Shown: one piece after another, positions 8,355 to 18,158 of the stretch
Layout of the letters: every line of letters starts with the position of its first letter
Position numbering within the stretch: position 1 is the first letter of the stretch
NCBI GenBank assembly: GCA_026396995.1
Contig: JAPLVS010000045.1
Location: forward strand, 31,519-95,518
DNA: 64,000 nt
From: Candidatus Iainarchaeum sp.
GTDB taxonomy: Archaea > Iainarchaeota > Iainarchaeia > Iainarchaeales > DTGL01
Direction: 5' to 3'
Notes under the pieces: generated by a model
The model's input: only the letters and a program-made list of their open reading frames with translations
Told to the model about the DNA's origin: nothing
The model's database searches: none
Made by a program: the position numbers and the translations under genes

Positions 8355-8924
8355 CTAAAAAATTATGTAGAGCACAATCCCTGCGGCAACCGGCATCGAA
8401 AAATTGTCGTCCAAAGGCAGGAGTTCTGCCGCCATTGCCACTGCTGAAACCGCAATAACCGCGGTCCAGGACGGCAGGAACAGCGCCAGGGCAAGGCAGG
8501 AAGCCGTAAAGCCTGCAAGCGTGCCCTCGACTGTTTTTCCGTTGATAATCTCGTGCTTTCCCCATCTTTTTCCGGCAATTGCCGCAATTCCGTCCCCGAA
8601 AACGAGCGGGACAAGGGCCGGGGCGATGATTTCTCCCCTTTGGAAAACAAACAATGCCAGGAACATCAGGAATGCCGCGCCTGCAAAAAACATTATTGCG
8701 CCTTTTCCAGGCATATCCCTATCATTATCCCTTTCAAACAATTCAACGAGAAGCGAGAAGACAGGGAATTCAAGGCCGTGCGCGATGAGATTGGAAACCA
8801 TTATGCCTGCGATAAGGGCAGCGCAGGTTATTGTGAAAGCGGTTTCCCCGCCAAAGCCGACTGCGCTGACTATAAAAAGCGAGCCGAAAAGGATGTGGAT
8901 TGTTTTCCGCCCTATTTCACCCAC
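8355..8924 (-). CDS. CTP-transferase-family polytopic membrane protein (CDP-archaeol synthase / polyprenol kinase-like)
   Basis: 189 aa, ~6 TM helices, C-terminal VFGDGIAAIAGKRWGKHEIINGKTVEGTLAGF resembling the CdsA/DolK/CarS family signature. Confidence 0.5.
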   Translation of the reverse strand: MGEIGRKTIHILFGSLFIVSAVGFGGETAFTITCAALIAGIMVSNLIAHGLEFPVFSLLVELFERDNDRDMPGKGAIMFFAGAAFLMFLALFVFQRGEIIAPALVPLVFGDGIAAIAGKRWGKHEIINGKTVEGTLAGFTASCLALALFLPSWTAVIAVSAVAMAAELLPLDDNFSMPVAAGIVLYIIF

Positions 8925-8992
8925 TGCCCAATCTCCCCCCTAAAGCCGAAAAGAATGCGGTTGTTTTGTTTCCTATTTCGCCCATATTTCCC

Positions 8993-9655
8993 TCACTTTT
9001 TTTCCAGCAGGCAGAACAGGTGGTCTTTCTCGAAAGGCTTCAGGTTTATTTCCTGCACTATCTTGAATTTTTCTTCAAGGATTTTTTTCTGTTCGGCGAA
9101 AACTTTTGTCGCAGGCACTGTGCTCGAAACGCTCTGCGATTTTATCGAAATCATCCCGGCTCCTCCCCTTGGCAGGAACAATTCAGCATTCTTGTTGAAT
9201 ATTTCTGCCTGGTTTTTCTGCGATACATCCTGGTAAAGCAGGCCGATTTCATAGCCTTTAAGGTGTTCGGCGTATTCCTCAGGCCTGCCGGCATCCGCCA
9301 GGAGCGGCAAAATATTTTCCCTGTCCTCGCAGACCTTCAAAAGCCTTGTCATTGTTTTCTCGCTGATATCCACGCCGAAAATGATTCCTTCTTTCCCTGT
9401 GATGTCGCTGATGTGCGAAGCCGTTGTCCCTTCGGCAATCCCCAAATACAAAACATTCGAGCCTTCCTTCAAGGGCACCTGCATAAGGCCGTTTTTTATT
9501 GCAGCGCAGAGCTTTGACCTGAACGGAATCCATTCGCGGTATTCAACGCCTTCTGATTTCAGGAGCCTTTCCCCGTAAACCTTTTTGCCAGGCACAAGGT
9601 TTTTCGTGAAAATCCTGTCGTCGCGCCCGAAAACGCCCTTAAACAGCTCTTTCAT
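8993..9655 (-). CDS. flpA: Fibrillarin-like rRNA/tRNA 2'-O-methyltransferase
   Basis: VYGERLLKSEGVEYREWIPFRSKLCAAIKNGL ... GSNVLYLGIAEGTTASHISDI ... GIIFGVD: canonical fibrillarin motifs. Confidence 0.9.
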   Translation of the reverse strand: MKELFKGVFGRDDRIFTKNLVPGKKVYGERLLKSEGVEYREWIPFRSKLCAAIKNGLMQVPLKEGSNVLYLGIAEGTTASHISDITGKEGIIFGVDISEKTMTRLLKVCEDRENILPLLADAGRPEEYAEHLKGYEIGLLYQDVSQKNQAEIFNKNAELFLPRGGAGMISIKSQSVSSTVPATKVFAEQKKILEEKFKIVQEINLKPFEKDHLFCLLEKK

Positions 9656-9697
9656 TGTAGGGATGAAAGGAAAAAGGGATTAAAAAGGGAGCGATTT

Positions 9698-10414
9698 TCA
9701 GCTCCCGTAAAGCGTTTGCAGTCCCTTTATGTCGCCTGATTCCAAGGTTCTCTTGATGGTTTCCCCTTCAGTGGAATAGCCGTACATTGTCTGGAGCGTG
9801 CAGGAAGCAGTGTAAAGGTCGGACAGCCCAAGGCCGTGCCCGATTTCATGGGTTGCAATGTTTTGCAAATCCATCAGGGCAGGATTCAATGAAGCGTTGC
9901 CCCAGGCAAAGTCTGTGTCGAACATTATGTCGAATTCTGTTATGCGCTTGTTTTTGCCTGAGAAATAGCCCCAGATGTTTGTGATTGCGATGACCCCTGA
10001 CTGCTGGTAATTGCCGAAAGAAAGCTCGTTCCTTCCATCAGGGCTTTTGTCATCCCAGTTGGCGGTGTTGTCCAGGGAGTACAACCCAAAGAGGGCTGAA
10101 TGTGTTGCATCATCCCATGATTTTGCACTGGCCTTTATTGTGTCCGATACAAATGCATTGCTCAATCCATGCCTGTTTGTCGGGTTTATCACGAGGTTTA
10201 TCGGCAACGCCTGCCATTTGAGGCCGTTTCCAATGTATTTTGTGCATGAAACAGGCTGTGCCTTTCCAGGCAATGCCTGCGATTTCTCAAAGCCTTTCTT
10301 GTAATGGATTATTGTGATTTTTTCCAATGGCTCTTTGGCCTGCACTGCAGCAAAAGCCATCGGGGCCAAAATCAAGAATGAAACCAGAATTGCAAAAGCC
10401 ATCCTTTTATCCAT
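9698..10414 (-). CDS. Secreted zinc metalloprotease, metzincin with HExxHxxGxxD (snapalysin/matrixin-like)
   Basis: Signal peptide; ATHEIGHGLGLSDLY zinc-binding motif with Asp as third ligand; Met-turn-like TMYGY downstream. Confidence 0.75.
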   Translation of the reverse strand: MDKRMAFAILVSFLILAPMAFAAVQAKEPLEKITIIHYKKGFEKSQALPGKAQPVSCTKYIGNGLKWQALPINLVINPTNRHGLSNAFVSDTIKASAKSWDDATHSALFGLYSLDNTANWDDKSPDGRNELSFGNYQQSGVIAITNIWGYFSGKNKRITEFDIMFDTDFAWGNASLNPALMDLQNIATHEIGHGLGLSDLYTASCTLQTMYGYSTEGETIKRTLESGDIKGLQTLYGS

Positions 10415-10569
10415 CTAAAAACCTCCCTCTTTGCCAATCTAATAATCCTTGAAAACGGTTTTTAACATATCGGAAAAAGGGCTTTTGGCCCTGAAATCCC
10501 AAAAAACACGCTTTTTTCCCAAAAAGAACGTTTTTAAATTATTTTAATGGACATATGTAGTACAGTTTT

Positions 10570-10785
10570 TTGTGGAGGGTGGTGGGAAACATGCCATTAT
10601 TGCCAAAATACGGTTCTTCGGAACCTAAAAAAATTCAGGTAAGGTCAAGCGACGATGATGAGGACAGAAGCCCTCTCCGTGACATGGCTGAAAGAAGCCT
10701 TGCAAGGGGTTCAAGGCCAGAGCAGAAGCCTCTGGAACAGAAAAAGAAGGGCTTTTTCGCAAGCCTTTTCGGAAAAAAAGAATGA
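10570..10785 (+). CDS. Small basic hypothetical protein
   Basis: ORF only; charged low-complexity sequence. Confidence 0.25.
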   Translation: MWRVVGNMPLLPKYGSSEPKKIQVRSSDDDEDRSPLRDMAERSLARGSRPEQKPLEQKKKGFFASLFGKKE

Positions 10786-10936
10786 ATTCTTTCAATCTTT
10801 TTCTTGCCCCCAGGGAGGTCAAAGCCTCTTTGGGCGCATTGCCTTATCCGTTCTTGCGCTGGAACGCACAGAAAGCAGCCCATAACCGCAAGAAGAAGGA
10901 TTTCCAACAGGAAACAAAAATCAGGCTGATTTGTTA

Positions 10937-11764
10937 TTATTTCAGTTCCAGCGCCCGTTTTTCGAGGCCTTCCAGCATTTTTGTGCCGATATCCTGTTTT
11001 CCGAAATAGTCTTCTTTTGCTGCAAGCGACAGCTTGTTTGCAAGCGCCCTTGCGATTTTGCCCCTGTTCTTGCGCTTTACAGCGCGCATGAGCGGGTGCT
11101 GGAAAATATAACCGTGCTTCGGCGGCTTGCTTCCTGTTTTTAAGTGCTGGAACAATGCCTTTTCCGCGCCAATGACCTGTATTGTCGAGGAAGGCATCAT
11201 TGCAAGCCTTTTAATGGAACCGGCAGCATTCATCAACTTTGCCCCAAGGAGTGCGCCTGCAATTTTTGAAAAATTCGGCATCTGAACATTCATTTCGGAT
11301 TCAATGTATGAAGCAAGGGCGTTCCTTTGCTTTTTGAGATCCACAGCCTTGTCTGCCAGTTTCTGGATGCGCAGGCAGTCCTTTTCTTCCAAGGGGGAAC
11401 CCATGCTTTTCAGGGCAGCATCAGCAATCCTTTTCGCCTGTTCCTGGTTTGAATAAACTTCAAGGATGTTTTTTTCAGTGAAATCCTTGCGGTCGCATAT
11501 TTTTGCAATCAGTTCAAGGTATGTTTCGTTGCCTTTGACCATTTTTTCGAGTTCAGGGAAATGCACAGAATACCATTCCCTTACATCCTCAAAAAGCAGG
11601 TTGAAGACAAAATCTATGTCTTCGAGCACGTTTATGGCGCGGATTATGTGCACATCGCGGCCTGTGTAATGCTCGGTTACCTGCCTTCTGGCCTTGTGAA
11701 TCAATTCCTTGCGGAGATTTGCTGTTTGCTGCATAAGAACCCTAAAGAAATGGCTGCAATTCAT
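10937..11764 (-). CDS. nop5: Nop5 (Nop56/58) C/D box snoRNP protein, short form
   Basis: NOP domain FSKIAGALLGAKLMNAAGSIKRLAMMPSSTIQVIGAEKALFQHLKTGSKPPKHGYIFQHP; only 275 aa, apparently lacking the long coiled-coil insert. Confidence 0.8.
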   Translation of the reverse strand: MNCSHFFRVLMQQTANLRKELIHKARRQVTEHYTGRDVHIIRAINVLEDIDFVFNLLFEDVREWYSVHFPELEKMVKGNETYLELIAKICDRKDFTEKNILEVYSNQEQAKRIADAALKSMGSPLEEKDCLRIQKLADKAVDLKKQRNALASYIESEMNVQMPNFSKIAGALLGAKLMNAAGSIKRLAMMPSSTIQVIGAEKALFQHLKTGSKPPKHGYIFQHPLMRAVKRKNRGKIARALANKLSLAAKEDYFGKQDIGTKMLEGLEKRALELK

Positions 11765-11803
11765 TAAAAAAGGTTTCCAGGGGAACTATCATGTAGTGAT
11801 TTT

Positions 11804-13298
11804 AATGCCGAAAGAAGAACTTTTCAACCTTGCACTGCGCAGGCAATTGTACTTTCCAGCCGCCGAAATCTATGCAGGCGCACCGGCTGGCTTCTGGGAT
11901 TTCGGGCCTGTAGGAGTAAGGATAAGGAACAAGGTCGTTGACCTTTGGAGAAAGGAATTGCTGGAAAAGGAAGGCCTGCTCGAAATAGACGGCGCTGTCC
12001 TGCTTCCGAAGCCTGTTTTCGAGGCCTCAGGCCATTTGAAGTCCTTCAATGATCCCATAGTGCAATGCACCAAATGCAGGGCATTGCACCGCGCAGACCA
12101 ATTGATAGAGGAAAAAACAAAGGAAAAAATACCTGAGGCCAAGCCTGTTGAAGAAATGGGCAAAATTATTGAAGTGAACAAAATCGTGTGCCCGAAATGC
12201 AAGGGCGCCCTCGGGGAGGTGCGCTCCTTCAACATGATGATGCGCGTTGAAATCGGCGCGACAGGCGACCAGACCTGTTTTTTAAGGCCGGAAACCTGCC
12301 AGAACATTTTTTTGGACTTCGACAGGCTTTACAAGACCGGCCGCCTTAACCTGCCTTTAGGGATAGCGCAGGCCGGAAAAAGCTTCAGGAACGAAATCGC
12401 GCCAAAGCAGACCTTGCTGAGGGAGCGCGAAATCGGGCAAATGGAAATAGAGTATTTTTTCAACCCGAAAAAAATAAATAATTTCGAGCGCTTCGAGGAA
12501 GTAAAGGATTACACATTAAACCTTCAGAGACTCGAAAAAGGATTCGAGAAAAAAACCTGCGAATCCGCTGTAAATGAAAAAATCGTTTCAGGAAAGATTG
12601 TTGCCTATTGGCTTGCGCGCACCCAGCAATTTTACTCCAAGCTCGGCATTCCGCTTGAAAAAATGCGCTTCCGCGAACTCGAAAAGGAGGCGCGCGCTTT
12701 CTATTCGGCCGAAACATGGGATTTTGAAGTGGAAACCGACCTCGGATGGATTGAATTGGTTGCCTGCAATTACCGCACTGATTATGACATTGCAGGGCAT
12801 GCGAAAGGAAGCAAGAAAGACCTTGCGGTGAAAGAAGAGGGGGAAAAATTCACCCCGCACATTTTCGAGGTTTCGGCAGGAATCGACCGCTCGATGTATG
12901 TAGCACTCGACTGCGCTTTCCGCAAGGAAAAGCGCGGGCCTGAAGAGCGCATCTATCTCAAGCTGCCGCCTGCAGTGGCGCCTTACCTTGTGGCTGTTTT
13001 TCCGCTTGTGAACAAGGACGGTGTTTTCGAGAAAGGCCGCGAAGTGTTTGAAGGAATCGAGGACAATGGCTTCAATGCGTTTTTCGACGACAAGGGTTCC
13101 ATAGGAAAAAGGTATGCGCGCGTGGACGAAATCGGAGTGCCTTTTGCGATAACCATCGATTACGACACGTTGAAGGATGCCACTGTCACTTTGAGGGAGC
13201 GCGATTCCATGGAACAGGCCAGGCTGAAAGTCGAACAGCTGCCTGAAACGCTTTGGGCGCTGTCCGCAGGCAGGAAAGCCTTCAACCAATTGAAATAA
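11804..13298 (+). CDS. glyS: Glycyl-tRNA synthetase, archaeal/eukaryotic class II type
   Basis: Class II aaRS motifs (FRNE, GxGxDR), Cys cluster CTKC...CPKC, C-terminal anticodon-binding domain; the table ORF starts at 11709, but the first Met codon (MPKEEL) is at ~11804. Confidence 0.9.
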
Positions 13299-13343
13299 AA
13301 ACATCAGCAGGGCTATTTTTAGTATAAGCCAAAGCAGCATATC

Positions 13344-13416
13344 GCCGGAGTGGCGCAACCGGTAGCGCGGCACACTCGTAATGTGCAGGTTGGGGGTTCG
13401 ATTCCCCCCTTCGGCT
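13344..13416 (+). tRNA. tRNA-Thr (anticodon CGT)
   Basis: GCCGGAG-TG-GCGC-AACCGGTA-GCGC-G-GCACA-CTCGTAA-TGTGC-AGGTT-GGGGG-TTCGATT-CCCCC-CTTCGGC-T cloverleaf, followed by a T-run terminator. Confidence 0.85.
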
Positions 13417-13484
13417 TTTTTTTGTCTTTTTTAGGGGAAAGGAACCCTTCGAGTTCTTTTAAACTCAAAAACCGATATCTTTGT

Positions 13485-14300
13485 ATGGAGAATGCGGAGA
13501 GAATTGAATTTCCAGATGCGGCAACAAGAAACGAGTTTTTCGGCTTGCTGAAAGGCTCTGTAGGGGTTAGAGCTTGGGATGAACTTTACAAGAGATTCAA
13601 TATTGGCCGGAGCCTTTTCCAAGGATATAGATGTGGCCAATTCACCCTGCCAAAAGACAAGTTTCAAACATTTTTGGAATTTTTGCCAAGCCAGGAACGA
13701 GAACGTTTCATTTCGATGATTTCAACTAAGTCGGGGAGTTGGGGAAGAAAACTCGGGGGAATTTCAACCTATTATAAATATCCAGAACTTTTTCAGCAAG
13801 GAAGAGAGAAGGCGTGGCACAGCCTTAATCATTCAGGTGGCGGAAGACGTTACTACGCTTTGAACATTCCATTACGCTCTGATTTGTGCGAGTTTATTGG
13901 TGCATTGATTGGCGATGGGTTCACTAACCAGTATGGCTCTTATTACCAGACCGGCTTCTGTGGCGATAAGAGGTTTGACAAGAATTATTACGATACTTTG
14001 ATTATTCCGATTGCAAGAGATTTGTTCGAAGCAAAGGCCCATTTTCGCTATAAGAATAACGGCATGTGGATTAATTTCGGTTCGGTGTTCATGCACAGAG
14101 TTTTAACCGAAAGATTCGGAATCCCCAAAGGCGTAAAATTCGACAAAGTCTTAATCCCGGAAGAAATCCTTAATTCAAACCAGGAATTCATTGCAGCCAC
14201 ATTGCGCGGAATCTTTGACACAGACGGAAGCATTTATTTCGACAAGCGCAAGATTTACCGGAAACCATACGTGCGAATAGAGCTGAATATGAAGATATAA
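13485..14300 (+). CDS. Free-standing LAGLIDADG-family homing endonuclease-like protein, probably 3'-truncated/degenerate
   Basis: Two LAGLIDADG-type motifs (EFIGALIGDGFT and FIAATLRGIFDTDGSIY); only ~25 aa follow the second motif (normally ~70-90) and the ORF abuts the stop of the opposite-strand gene at 14306; start trimmed to first Met after the tRNA. Confidence 0.65.
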   Translation: MENAERIEFPDAATRNEFFGLLKGSVGVRAWDELYKRFNIGRSLFQGYRCGQFTLPKDKFQTFLEFLPSQERERFISMISTKSGSWGRKLGGISTYYKYPELFQQGREKAWHSLNHSGGGRRYYALNIPLRSDLCEFIGALIGDGFTNQYGSYYQTGFCGDKRFDKNYYDTLIIPIARDLFEAKAHFRYKNNGMWINFGSVFMHRVLTERFGIPKGVKFDKVLIPEEILNSNQEFIAATLRGIFDTDGSIYFDKRKIYRKPYVRIELNMKI

Positions 14301-14305
14301 GGAGA

Positions 14306-15202
14306 TTAACCCGTTCCTGCAAGATAAATGCAGCCCTCTTTTGCCGTTTGGTTTTGGATTTTGTCGCAGATTGTTGGGTCTTGTTTGTCTACAGCAACAT
14401 TATTATAGCAAGAGTCTTTGTTAATTTGTTCCTGGATTTTGTCACAGATTGAAGGATCTTGTTTGGCTGGGGCAATCTCAAAATAACAATGGTCTTTGCC
14501 GACCTGGTCTTGGAGTTGATCACAAATTAGCGGGTCTTGTTTTGCTATTGCAATACGATAATAGCAGCCCTCTTTTGCCGTTTGGTCTTGGATTTTGTCA
14601 CAAATTGAGATATCGTTTTTGTCAGAGGCAATGCGGGTATAGCAACTGCCTTTGGTATCTTGATATTTGATGTAATCGCAGAAAGCTGGGTTTTGTGTGG
14701 CTATGGCTATCTTGGTGTAGTCCTCGTAGGGCGGCTTGCATCCCCAAGAAAAAACAAGGTACAAAACAGCCAAAACACCAACCAAAAAAACAAAAATCCA
14801 CTTGGTCTTCTTGTGGTTCTCTTCAAAAAACCACAAAATGACAAAAATGCCTAAAAAAATAACAGGCGGAGCAAACCCTGACGAGGAATTAAACTTGTCG
14901 CAGGGATTGCGTAGATCCTGCTGGAAAACCATTGGGAGAACAAGCGCTGCAATGAACGCAAGCAGAACAGTCCATAAACAGGCCGCTTTCCAGAGTTTCC
15001 TGTTCGGCTCCTTTTTTTTGACGGAAAAAAAGCAAAGGATCAGGGATAGGAAAGGCACAAAACTAACAGCATAGCCAATTACTGTGTTGCCAAGTGGCAA
15101 AGCAAAAAGCACAGAGAGGAGCAATGCCGGTGGCACCAATAGCCAAACCAAAATAGCCAGGCACCCGAACTTATTCTCTTTGAAAGATTTCAACAAATCC
15201 AT
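14306..15202 (-). CDS. Polytopic membrane protein with C-terminal tandem Cys-rich ~28-aa repeats (paralogue of 1111..1890 and 60711..61436)
   Basis: N-terminal TM helices; five tandem units of ICDKIQ(D/E/N)Q.(A/G)K(E/D).CY..(I/V)A.(A/D)KQDP.; repeat visible at DNA level 14310..14700. Confidence 0.55.
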   Translation of the reverse strand: MDLLKSFKENKFGCLAILVWLLVPPALLLSVLFALPLGNTVIGYAVSFVPFLSLILCFFSVKKKEPNRKLWKAACLWTVLLAFIAALVLPMVFQQDLRNPCDKFNSSSGFAPPVIFLGIFVILWFFEENHKKTKWIFVFLVGVLAVLYLVFSWGCKPPYEDYTKIAIATQNPAFCDYIKYQDTKGSCYTRIASDKNDISICDKIQDQTAKEGCYYRIAIAKQDPLICDQLQDQVGKDHCYFEIAPAKQDPSICDKIQEQINKDSCYNNVAVDKQDPTICDKIQNQTAKEGCIYLAGTG

Positions 15203-15249
15203 GCCAATAATAGGCGCCCGAAATATTTATTCCTTTCCTTTGATGCGGC

Positions 15250-16226
15250 GGTGTAGAAATCCTATTGGGGTACGAGGGTTAGCGTGATTTTGATTGTTCG
15301 CCCGATGTGTTCGATGTTGTAGGCTATTGCTTTGATGGTTGCTTGTTTTTGTTGGTTTGCAGCGTTTTTTGCTCTAACAAACCCTCCAAGGGTTTGTTTG
15401 ATTGCAGAATTCACTGATTCAGCTATTGCCCTTTTTTGATAAGTTTTCAGGTTAAATTTTTGCAGTGCTCTCCTGCGTTTAGCGCAATAATGTTGTTGGC
15501 CGTACTTGTCTTTTTGTGATGCGTGCTTTCTGAACGGAATATGCACGTTCAATCCATGCAACCAACAAAACTCCCTGTTCTCTAGAGAATCATAGCCTTT
15601 GTCAGCCAACACAGTCCGCAACACACTTAATAGTTCTTGCACCATAGGCCGAAACGTTGTAATCTCGTTCGAGTGGTCAGAAAAAGTTCGAACATTGAGC
15701 ACAAGTTTTGTGCTAATATCACTGATAAACACGGTTTTAGTATAGTTTGAATGGGTTACGCCGTCAACACGTTTTTCATAATAATGTGAAGGATTCGTGT
15801 TAGAAAAACCTGTTCCGTCAATCGCTGCAACACTATTCCTCACATTCAACAGTTTTGAACATGCTCGAACCATCAACTCAAACAATAGTTTTGGAGTGCG
15901 CTGCACAAACTTTTGCAGCGTACTAAAATGAGGGATGCGTTTCAAACCCAACATGTGCGCTATCTGGTTTTCTTCACAGATTTCAACAAAACGCCTATAC
16001 GAAACATTGAGTTTCTCTCTATAGACTGCGAGAAACGAGAGTTTGATGTTGCCATACATTTTTTTAGAAAACAAAGAGTTCCGGCAAGGCACTCCAGCCA
16101 ACCAACACAATCGCTCAACCAAACCATAAAAGTTATTAACCCGAACAGGATACAATCGCATTAGAGTCACCGATAAATAGGAGTGCAAACTCCTATTTAT
16201 CACTATTTAAAAAGGATTTCTACAGA
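15250..16226. mobile_element. Insertion sequence (~0.98 kb) with single DDE transposase gene and ~12-13-bp terminal inverted repeats
   Basis: tgtagaaatcct at ~15252..15263 and its reverse complement aggatttctaca at ~16213..16225 bracket the transposase ORF; internal perfect palindrome gataaataggagtgcaaactcctatttatc at ~16172..16201. Confidence 0.7.
15262..16203 (-). CDS. DDE transposase (IS4/IS5-superfamily-like)
   Basis: DGTGFS...DKGYDS...AIAESVNSAIKQTLGG motif blocks typical of PF01609-type transposases. Confidence 0.75.
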   Translation of the reverse strand: MINRSLHSYLSVTLMRLYPVRVNNFYGLVERLCWLAGVPCRNSLFSKKMYGNIKLSFLAVYREKLNVSYRRFVEICEENQIAHMLGLKRIPHFSTLQKFVQRTPKLLFELMVRACSKLLNVRNSVAAIDGTGFSNTNPSHYYEKRVDGVTHSNYTKTVFISDISTKLVLNVRTFSDHSNEITTFRPMVQELLSVLRTVLADKGYDSLENREFCWLHGLNVHIPFRKHASQKDKYGQQHYCAKRRRALQKFNLKTYQKRAIAESVNSAIKQTLGGFVRAKNAANQQKQATIKAIAYNIEHIGRTIKITLTLVPQ

Positions 16227-16273
16227 GCCGTTGGCGAAAGCACTACTTGAACAATTGCCTGTTCTGGACGTGC

Positions 16274-16762
16274 TTATTCAGGTCCAGTGTTTCCAATCGC
16301 CTTTGCCAGCCTCTTGGCGATTTCGCCTGCTTCTTTTGCGCCATTGCCCTGCGGCGGCTGTATTCCTATAAGCACCACCTTGCACCCAATGCTTTTTTCC
16401 ACGTAATCCATGAGGAATGAGGCCGAAATGCTGTGCGTTGAAAAATTGCAGCCTCTGATTTTGCCCTTGTCGATTATTTTGATTGAGCCGGGTTTTTCCG
16501 CAATTTCAGCGGCATCAACTATGATCAGGTGGGAGGGGTTCAATTTTCTGATTTTGCCTGTGAAATTTTCAGGCGCTGTCCCTGCGAGAAGGGTTTCGAT
16601 TTTCGGCAATTTCATTTTTCCAATGTTTTTCACTGCTTCGATGCCGATGCTGTCCGCGGGATTGGATTCGTCGCCTATTCCAAGCAAAAGAATCAGGCTG
16701 GAATCTTTACGCATTGCAGGCAGTTGTTCTTCCAGGGAAGGCATTTTTTTACCTTTATTCAA
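16274..16762 (-). CDS. hycI: [NiFe] hydrogenase maturation endopeptidase (HycI-like)
   Basis: [18 protein letters not shown]-terminal signature, ~160 aa, last gene of hydrogenase operon, overlaps upstream gene by 8 nt. Confidence 0.65.
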   Translation of the reverse strand: MNKGKKMPSLEEQLPAMRKDSSLILLLGIGDESNPADSIGIEAVKNIGKMKLPKIETLLAGTAPENFTGKIRKLNPSHLIIVDAAEIAEKPGSIKIIDKGKIRGCNFSTHSISASFLMDYVEKSIGCKVVLIGIQPPQGNGAKEAGEIAKRLAKAIGNTGPE

Positions 16763-17135
16763 CTGTCACAAACATTTCCCTTTTTCCCGAGCAGCCTGAG
16801 AACTTGTTTGTGAGTTCGATTGCTTTTGTCGGGCAGGCCTCTGCGCAAAGCTCGCACCTTATGCAGACAAGCAGGTCGCACCTTGGAATCCTCTGCCTTG
16901 CCATTTTCCTGCCAGCAAAATCGACTTCGGTGTGCTTTTCGTCAGGCACCATTTCTATCGCTTTTGCAGGGCAGACAATCGAGCATTTCGAGCAGCCTAT
17001 GCATTTCTTTGAATCGAAATGAATCCTGCCCCTGAACCTTTCGGCCACAGGCACTTTTTCGAAGGGGTATTTTATCGTGGCAGGCTTTTTTGCAAGCGAT
17101 TCGAACAATTCCTTTACAATGACGCCGAGAGCCAT
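16755..17135 (-). CDS. Hydrogenase 2x[4Fe-4S] ferredoxin subunit (NuoI/MbhN-like)
   Basis: Two CxxCxxCxxxCP motifs ([12 protein letters not shown] and [12 protein letters not shown]); start taken at MALGVIV (stop/start overlap with upstream gene); the longer table ORF (16755..17429) would overlap NuoH-like gene. Confidence 0.8.
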   Translation of the reverse strand: MALGVIVKELFESLAKKPATIKYPFEKVPVAERFRGRIHFDSKKCIGCSKCSIVCPAKAIEMVPDEKHTEVDFAGRKMARQRIPRCDLLVCIRCELCAEACPTKAIELTNKFSGCSGKREMFVTVE

Positions 17136-18121
17136 CAGAACACCCCAACCATTTTCAGTATTATTGTTGCGGCTATCTGGAGGAGCGCGAGCAGGCCAAG
17201 CCATTTCCAGCCGAAAAACACCATCTGGTCGATCCTTATCCTTGCGAAAGCGCTGCGCACAACTGAAAGGATGAAAATCACGAACAATGTTTTTATCAAA
17301 AATGCAGCGAATCCCAGCAAATGCATTGCAGGCCAGCCAAGTGAAGATGTGTCGAACAAAAGGCTCGGGCCTCCAAGGAATACCACCGCTATAAGGGCAG
17401 AGCCGACAACCATTGTCATGTTGGTGCATAAGCGGAACAATGCGAGTTTTTTTCCGGAATATTCCGTGAACGGACCGCCGACTATTTCGGCTTCGGCCTC
17501 AGGCATGTCGAAAGGCACCCTCCCGAGCTTTGCCTGCAGGCACATCAATGCAACAACAAAGCCTATGGGCTGCAGGATGAAAAACCAGGGATTGGACTGC
17601 TGGTATGCCGCAAGGTCTGAAAAAGCCCAGCTGCCAGTGATAAGGACAGGGCTCAAAATGACCGCAAAGAACGCGACTTCGTACACGAAAACCATGCTCA
17701 GTTCCCTGTAAGCGCCGATCGAGGAAAATGCGTTCCCTGAATGCCATCCGCCGACGAAAAGGAGGATTGAAGGCAGGGTTTTAAGGTAAAGCACAAGAAT
17801 CATGTCACCATTGAAGCCAAGCGGCGAAGAGTTTGAGAAAATCGGGATGTAAAGGAATGCCGTAAGCAAAAACGCCAGCGACAGCACAGGCACATAATTG
17901 AAGAGCGCCTTGCTCGCCGCTTTTGGAACAATGTCTTCCTTGGAAAGCAGCTTTATGAAATCCGCAAGCGGCTGCAAAAAAGGAGGCCCTAACCTGTCCT
18001 GCATCTTCGCATACAGTTTCCTGTCGAACCATTCCATGAAAAAGCCGTAGGCAATCGCGAACAGGAAACCCGGGAAAAAGAAGATATAGAAAGCCTCGAT
18101 AAGCCAGTTCATTTCTCCCAC
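17135..18121 (-). CDS. Hydrogenase membrane subunit, NuoH/ND1/HycD-like
   Basis: 8 TM, conserved NuoH-like N-terminus [19 protein letters not shown]. Confidence 0.8.
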   Translation of the reverse strand: MGEMNWLIEAFYIFFFPGFLFAIAYGFFMEWFDRKLYAKMQDRLGPPFLQPLADFIKLLSKEDIVPKAASKALFNYVPVLSLAFLLTAFLYIPIFSNSSPLGFNGDMILVLYLKTLPSILLFVGGWHSGNAFSSIGAYRELSMVFVYEVAFFAVILSPVLITGSWAFSDLAAYQQSNPWFFILQPIGFVVALMCLQAKLGRVPFDMPEAEAEIVGGPFTEYSGKKLALFRLCTNMTMVVGSALIAVVFLGGPSLLFDTSSLGWPAMHLLGFAAFLIKTLFVIFILSVVRSAFARIRIDQMVFFGWKWLGLLALLQIAATIILKMVGVF

Positions 18122-18158
18122 CTTTCAATGCCTGGAAAGAAAGCAAGGATAATGAAAT

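Noticed and set aside
13350-13484. 5' extension of ORF 13350..14300 (MAQPVARHTRNVQVGGSIPPFG...)
   Set aside because: This stretch is the tRNA-Thr gene itself read as protein. CDS start moved to the first Met after the tRNA (~13485).
16755-17429. Full 224-aa ORF for the ferredoxin subunit
   Set aside because: The N-terminal 98 codons overlap the NuoH-like gene in another frame. Ferredoxin homology begins at MALGVIV, where the stop of the upstream gene overlaps the start. The short form was kept.
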